Below are positions 57,755-64,000 of a stretch of DNA of 64,000 nucleotides, one piece after another. The position numbers were made by a program, and so were the translations under genes. Source of the DNA: Mytilus californianus (lineage: Eukaryota); contig NW_026262690.1 of the NCBI RefSeq assembly GCF_021869535.1, positions 50,158,001 through 50,222,000 on the forward strand, given 5' to 3'. Position 1 is the first letter of the stretch, and the number at the start of each line of letters is the position of its first letter. A model generated the notes under the pieces. It was not told the origin of the DNA, ran no database searches, and saw nothing but the letters and a program-made list of their open reading frames with translations.

Positions 57755-60700
57755 CACTGTGTCTAAACTACCCCGGCAAAAAAATGTTTGGACTCGAATA
57801 TCTAATATCCGGCACGGTGACGGAACATCAATAGACAGAGAAAAGGTAGTTTTCTGTTTATTTATTTGTTATTTTTATGATACCGAAGAATATATATATA
57901 TACATATATAACTATTTTCTATTGTGAGATGTAATATTTTCTACAACCATTCTATTAACGGAGAAATAAGTAAAAAAACACGTCAAAATGACGAATTGAG
58001 TGAATCTTGCCTCGAATTTGTTTAATATCTCGTTAAATTGTTCACATTGTACTGAAAGAAAGGTACGGAAAGAAAAATATTGGCATAACAAGCCACTTTG
58101 AGCACCTCAATACTTGTATTTCTGTGTATGGAACGAAAGAAATGGATCATGTCAAAATGGAAGGAGCCGATTTTGTCAATGTGTACAACCCGGTTTTGTC
58201 CTATATTTCACAAGGCAGAACCCGGTTTTGTCAAAGAAAAAAATGCATAATCGCATAACATAATTGAACTTTTGCGTTTTAAAGGAGTCTGGTGGCTCGT
58301 TGGAAAACGATTTCTTTCAGAGGACAACTTATTATTTATTTGAATCTGTAAACACTTGAATTCCTTCTTTATTGGAACAAAAATAATTATAATTTTGCTT
58401 TGCATTTAAACATGATAACCCTACTCACATACATCCAATTTCGCGGGTGTCCCTGTTTTTTTTTATTTCTTATAAAATTCCAAGTTGGTATACGATTTAG
58501 TTATATAAAATTAGTGACGAATCCAGGCAGCGTATAGGTCGCACGTCCCCACCCCACCTTTGATGGCCCCAAAAAAATTAAATAATGTTTTTTACGATTT
58601 TTTTTTAGCTTAAAATCGCCCAAAAAATACTTTAACTGCGAAATAGAAATGAAGGTTATAACGCAAATTGAGATTTAAGTCCTCTGTACCTTTTTTTCTA
58701 TGAAATATGTAAATTTAAGTGATCAAACTTGAAATTAAAGTTTACGGTCTTAAAAATTGAAACACGCACATTTGATATGTGATTTTCTTGCACAACAGGA
58801 TGGTTATCTTTATAAGTAATCCAATCTACCAAGAGGTGTTATCTTGAATGTCCCTCTGGCATCTTTCGCCCCTCTTTCCTATAATCGTTTAAAATAAATC
58901 TTCTTCAGGCTAAGTGTCTATTATAAGACATGATAAGAAGACAAATGTATAGGTGTAATACCACCAAATGATAGTACATCCGGTTGCCTACGAAAATAGG
59001 TCGAAAAAAATATTCCCTTGAATTTGACAGTTGTAGGTAATTAATTCTACATTTCATTGCAGTAAAACATTTCTGGGTCATAAACATATATCTTGGGTAT
59101 TTCAAAGCACCATTATTTTTTATTTTGGGTTTCCATAGAATATTTTAGAAACTTGAGGTTACATGGTTACTAATTAAAAGCTTGTACACAGATAAAAAAG
59201 AGGTGAAAATTTGATTGGTTAACTTCCAGTGATGGTTATTTTCTTATATGCAATGAAATGTTATGTGAAATTTTTTCTATAGTACTGAACAGGATAAAAC
59301 TTTACTCATGCCAAGTATTTCTTTATTTGAAACAAAGACAAATTCTGCACATTTTTTTGAAAAGTGCAAATTTGACAAAGACTAATAGGAGAAAATCAAT
59401 GGTGGTAGTACACCTATATGCATGCAGAATCGCCATAGAAAATGAATGTTTATGGGGAGAAAAGGATAATACTAAGTGTAAATTTGTGCAATTGTCTCAG
59501 GCCATCAAGAAAATGCAATAATGATTATTTAATTCATAGTTCTATAAACAAACAGTTCTGTTATCTCTTCATTGTGTTATGATTATCGTACATTGGCGTT
59601 GGTCAATATATCATTAACAATATATAGGGATGGATTTAGGTTTTTTCAAAGTGGGCGTATTTCAAACAACTTACATACCGCCGAGCGTAGCGAGGCGAAC
59701 AATTTTTTGGACGATTTTAAGCTAAAAAAAAATCGTAAAAAACATGATTTAATTTTTTTGGGGCCATCAAAGTTGGGGTTTGGGGCGTGCGACCTATACG
59801 CTGCTTGGATGTATGTGAGTAGGGTTATCATGTTTATTCTAAAAATTCACATTGATATTTTAAAATTGTCGAAATGCGAGACCAAAGGATGCAAATTCGT
59901 GGCGGCTTGAACTATTTGTATGGAGCTTCATATGTCAGAAGTTAGAAGGCCTGACTACCTCGCACACAGATCTTTTATCTTACGATGTTTCTATCTGTCA
60001 TATGTCCATTGCCCTGGCTTTGACCTCATTTTAGTTCAGCGATTTCCTAACAAAATGAATAGCTGTGAATATCACACTGATAATGGTTGATATACATGAT
60101 CAAGGTTAACATTTCGTGTTCAATATAAAAAAGTAGATATGGTATGATTGCCAATGAGACAACTCTCCACACCAGACCAAATGACACAGAAATTAACAGC
60201 TACATGTCACCGTACGGCCTTCAACAATGAGCAAAGCCCATACTGCATAGTCAGCTATAAAAGGCCCCGAAATCACAAATGTAAAACAATTCAAACGAGA
60301 AAACTAACAGCCTAATTAATGTACAAAAAATGAACGAAAAACAAATATGTAACACAAATCCGTATCTCTAATACCATAAGTAAAAGGTCAACTATATTTG
60401 CTCATATGGCCACATGACTATTTATGAGACCTTGAACTTATTTTCTTGATTAATTGGTAAATGTTAAGTTTTTATTTTTTTTGTTGGTTTTAATGATTGT
60501 AATGTGTTCATGTCCGTCTGGCAGGTTTCATTAGACCTTGACTTTTTTATGGTTCCATGAATAATGTTAAGTTTATGTGATACTTTTATTAAATTATTTA
60601 TCTTACAGATCTTCAAAATAGGTTCAATTACGATCATTCAAGCAGTCGCTACATGTCAGTGCGTACGCTCTTGTATAAATAATATGTAGTATTTATTTTT

Positions 60701-61313
60701 GTTGAAAAAACGCATGTGAAGTTGTTTTAGAATAACATATATATTGAAATTTTTTCGATGGACAATGTTTAGATCCGTGTTAACGTGCTTTCCATACATT
60801 TGTGGTTTCAAAACAAAACAAAACCGGGTCATATACATAGACAAAACCGGGTGATTTTGTAGTAAACAACATTGACAAAACCGGCTCCTTCCCTTTTGAC
60901 ATGACCCATTTCTTTCGTTCCATACACAGAAATACAAGTATTGAGGTGATCAAAGTGGCTAGTTTTGCAATCTCCATGTCAATATCTTTCTTACCGTACC
61001 TTTCTTTCCGTACAATGTGAACAATTTAACGAGATATTAAACAAATTCGAGGCAAGGTTCACTCAATTCGTCATTTTGACGTGCATTTTTACATATTTCT
61101 CCGTTAATCTAGAATGGTTGTAGAAAATATTAAATCTCACAATAGAAAATAGTTTTATATATTTATATATATATATATTCTTCGATATCATAAAAATAAC
61201 AAATAAATAAACAGAAAACTACCTTTTCTCTGTCTATTGATGTTCCGTCACCGTGCAGGATATTAGATACCATCGAGTCCAAACATTTTTGCCGGGGTAG
61301 TTTAGACACAGTG
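57755..61313. mobile_element. Non-autonomous DNA transposon with Transib/RAG-like ends (CAC termini, 5-bp TSD CTTAC, ~480-bp TIRs)
   Basis: The arms 57755..58231 and 60818..61313 are inverted repeats; the first 28 nt are identical (CACTGTGTCTAAACTACCCCGGCAAAAA). CTTAC directly flanks both ends (57750-54 and 61314-18). No transposase ORF recognised. Confidence 0.85.
60127..60357 (+). repeat. Sister dispersed family, nested inside the Transib-like element
   Basis: GGTATGATTGCCAATGAGACAACTCTCCAC head. Confidence 0.8.
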
Positions 61314-61607
61314 CTTACATGATGTGGTTGGGTTTACTTCGTTATATGATGTCGAAACGTCATTATGTGCTTTCATCGTCGTTATGGTCAATGAACATGA
61401 TTACGATTAGAACGATTACTGTCTATGTCATAACTGATTCCGATCTGCTTCTGTGGAATTACTATAAACCTGGCGCAAATCTGTAGCTATCGTTTGGAAA
61501 ATGGTTGAGATTTAAAAAGAGATAAACCTTGGCTTGTTGGTACCTCGTTTTAAGATAAAAAAGATCAAATCTGATATTGTTGGAAAATTGTCAAAATATG
61601 AATTGCA

Positions 61608-61942
61608 AAAGAGGGACGAAAGATACCAGAGGGACAGTCAAACTCATAGATCGAAAACAAACTGACAACGCCATGGCCAAAAATAAAAAGAAAAACAGAC
61701 AAATAATAGCACAGATGACACAACATAGAAAACTAAAGACGTAGCAACACGAACCCCACCAAAAACTGGGGGTGATCTCAGGTGCTCCGGAAGGGTAAGC
61801 AGATCCTGCTCCACATGTGGCACCCGTCGTGTTGCTTATGTTATTACAAATCCGGTAAATAGTCTAATTCGGTATGTCACATTCGTGAAAAGGGAAGGGT
61901 ATTGTAGTTACGACATAAGGAACATATCCGATATCATCTGCA
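61608..61942 (+). repeat. Dispersed repeat (GAAAGATACCAGAGGGACAGTCAAACTC...CTCCGGAAGGGTAAGCAG family)
   Basis: Related minus-strand fragments at about 8130-8280, 9690-9865, 53705-53915 and 58848-58880. Confidence 0.65.
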
Positions 61943-62756
61943 AAGTTCAGTTTTAATCGATGGGTCTACAATAATAAACATACGGGGTCTACAATAATGA
62001 TCATACGGTTATAGTTATTAAATTTAAGAAATAATTCTTTTATGCCATGCTCTATGCTCATTTTAACAAGGGTTGGCATTCATTGGACTGGGGAAATATC
62101 ATTTAAGTGACTGTTTTCGAAACTTTCACTTCCTTTCTTTTTAGTCATTCGGTTGAATATTGTCCTGATTTTTATATTAAATGATACATTACAAAACATT
62201 TTTGAAAAAGACTATTTTTTACTCCTTTTTCAGCATTTCTACCAGGTGCAAAGCTGAATATATGTCTACTAATATTAAATAATTTATCAAAATCCTCTAT
62301 AGATAGCCTAAGGTGTCACTACGGTTCATTCATTTGAATTATCACATGTAAGACTATCTATACTGAAGCGCTGTTATTTTATTACGTTTTGAGACTCAAA
62401 TGATACAAAAACATTATACCAGTATGCTTCATGAATCATGCTTGTTCTTCAGTATTGTTCTTAGAATGTTGGCCCCGTGCAACTGTATAAAATCCATGCT
62501 TTTTCAAGTGCTTGTAGGAATTTTTGTCATCAAATAATTTACCATATCCGTTCAGTTGTTATTTTTATTTACTTATTAATTTACTTATCTGTTTTTAATC
62601 AAATTATATGTTTCCTTCTTTATTCCAGTTGTGTCTTTTCATTATATATAGTGTCGTGACTCTTTTAATTTCGGAGGAACAAATACATATTGACAGTTAT
62701 TCTATCTTATATTTCATTATTTCATCGTCCTTTATTTCAGTAATGTTCTAAAACGC

Positions 62757-63912
62757 ATGGGTGGAAGGTCCTCGAAAGTTGATGAATTATTTTCACACTT
62801 TCCACAGTTAGATAAAACTCATATAATAGTGATTGGATTACACAATGCGGGTAAGAATAATTTAAGGAAATAGTATCATATTGGACAGATTAATTTAAAG
62901 CAATAATATCATATTGAACAGATTAATTTAAAGCAATAGTATCATATTGGACAGATTAATTTTAAGCAATAGTATCATATTGGACAAATTAATTTAAAGC
63001 AATAGTATCATATTGGACAGATTAATTTAAAGCAATAGTATCATATTGGACAGATTAATTTAAAGCAATAGTATCATATTGGACAGATTAATTTAAAGCA
63101 ATAGTATCTTAATAGATAGACATGGTTTCAACTTCTTTACGCATGACACATGTTACCGGAATAGTCCTCATCGGATATGGTCTGTAAACCAGACCTAAAA
63201 TCTAAAAAGGTGTAATGATTAATCGTTAAATAGATTCTATATTTTTCGACAGGTAAAACATCCATTATGCGAGGCATGGGTTTAGATTCCGGCTTGAAGA
63301 AGATTTCCCAGGTAGGAATGCCAATTCTGACAGCAAAGATTGGTAAAAATGTCCACATCACAGCATGGGATGTTGGTGGACCTGGCAAATTACGGAGTAT
63401 GTGGGAGCATTATTTCAGTGTATCTAAAGGTAAATTTATAATTTTTCAAACCTTTTGCCTTAATTAGCAAATATAATTACAGTAGTTTCATAATCAATCT
63501 ATGGAAGACCTACACAAAATGTGCGATGGCATCAAGATTGAAAGAAAATAAATATTATCATTTCTTTATAAATACCATTTAAAATTAAAAAAAAAGGCAG
63601 GTTTGTTGCAGTTATTCGATATCTGTGTTTATTTGAAAAAAAGAAAGAACTCCATTAGACTTATGAATTTGAATATCCCTTTGGTAACTTTCGCCTCTCA
63701 TTTTCCTTTGCTTATTTCATTTGAAATGACTAAATCTGCAATCATGTATTAATTTTGAATCATATAAATACATTCAGGTATAGTGTTTGTAGTTGATAGT
63801 ACTAACAAGGAAACACTAGCAGAAGCTTCTGTGGAACTTAATACCATTTTAAATAAAAAGATATTGGCTGGTGTTCCTTTAATGGTAATGGCAAACAAGC
63901 AAGATATGCTCG
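62757..63912 (+). CDS. Divergent ARF-like A9, 3'-partial (exon 4 outside window), opposite orientation
   Basis: join(62757..62850,63253..63429,63778..63912); GT-AG introns, phase 1. MGGRSS..GLHNAGKT, switch I KISQVGMP, WDVGGP, NKQD. Confidence 0.9.
62859..63108 (+). repeat. 33-bp minisatellite, ~7.6 copies, in intron 1 of A9
   Basis: TTGGACAGATTAATTTAAAGCAATAGTATCATA starts at 62881, 62914, 62947, 62980, 63013, 63046 and 63079. Confidence 0.95.
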
Positions 63913-64000
63913 GTAAGATATTTAAATATAACAAAATATATTCAAATAAGAGTCAAAAGTTGCGTTTGTTCATATAATATATACACACGTCTATATTAGA

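Noticed and set aside
57218-57834. YDVQIYL / HHI repeat proteins
   Set aside because: They are translations of a 21-bp minisatellite, open on both strands because of the period, with no splice or domain support.
58232-60817. RAG1/Transib transposase remnants inside the element
   Set aside because: I translated parts of it and read the ORF track (58905, 59258, 59572) without finding DDE or RAG1 motifs; a profile-HMM search of all six frames would be needed to exclude faint remnants.
62859-63108. 33-bp repeats as CRISPR
   Set aside because: No spacers; the array is intronic.

Overview
AT-rich, intron-rich animal genomic DNA. The interspersed repeats look like those of a marine mussel (Mytilus-like bivalve), but this is recalled, not verified. 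Coding content: (1) at the left edge, a two-exon carotenoid cleavage oxygenase (BCO/RPE65 family) on the minus strand. All four Fe-ligand histidines are present, and it has an unusual N-terminal signal peptide and 7 N-glycosylation sequons; its stop lies just outside the window. (2) A tandem array of nine ADP-ribosylation factor (ARF/ARL) loci, which I call A1-A9, built on one four-exon, all-phase-1 plan. A1-A4 have canonical motifs. A6 is truncated by a repeat. A5, A7, A8 and A9 keep the P-loop Lys-Thr and NKQD but each has lost the catalytic Gln71 equivalent (to G, G, L, P), with extra switch, P-loop or N-terminal changes. Non-coding content: a 3.56-kb element with CAC termini, RSS-like ends, ~480-bp TIRs and a 5-bp TSD (Transib/RAG-transposon signature, no transposase seen); several minimal hammerhead ribozymes with covarying stems; a decayed Penelope-like RT; TTAA (Kolobok-like) MITEs; Helentron-type HINEs; a perfect 104-bp inverted repeat bracketing one ARF start exon; and minisatellites. 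All exon boundaries and translations were read by hand; no database search was possible.
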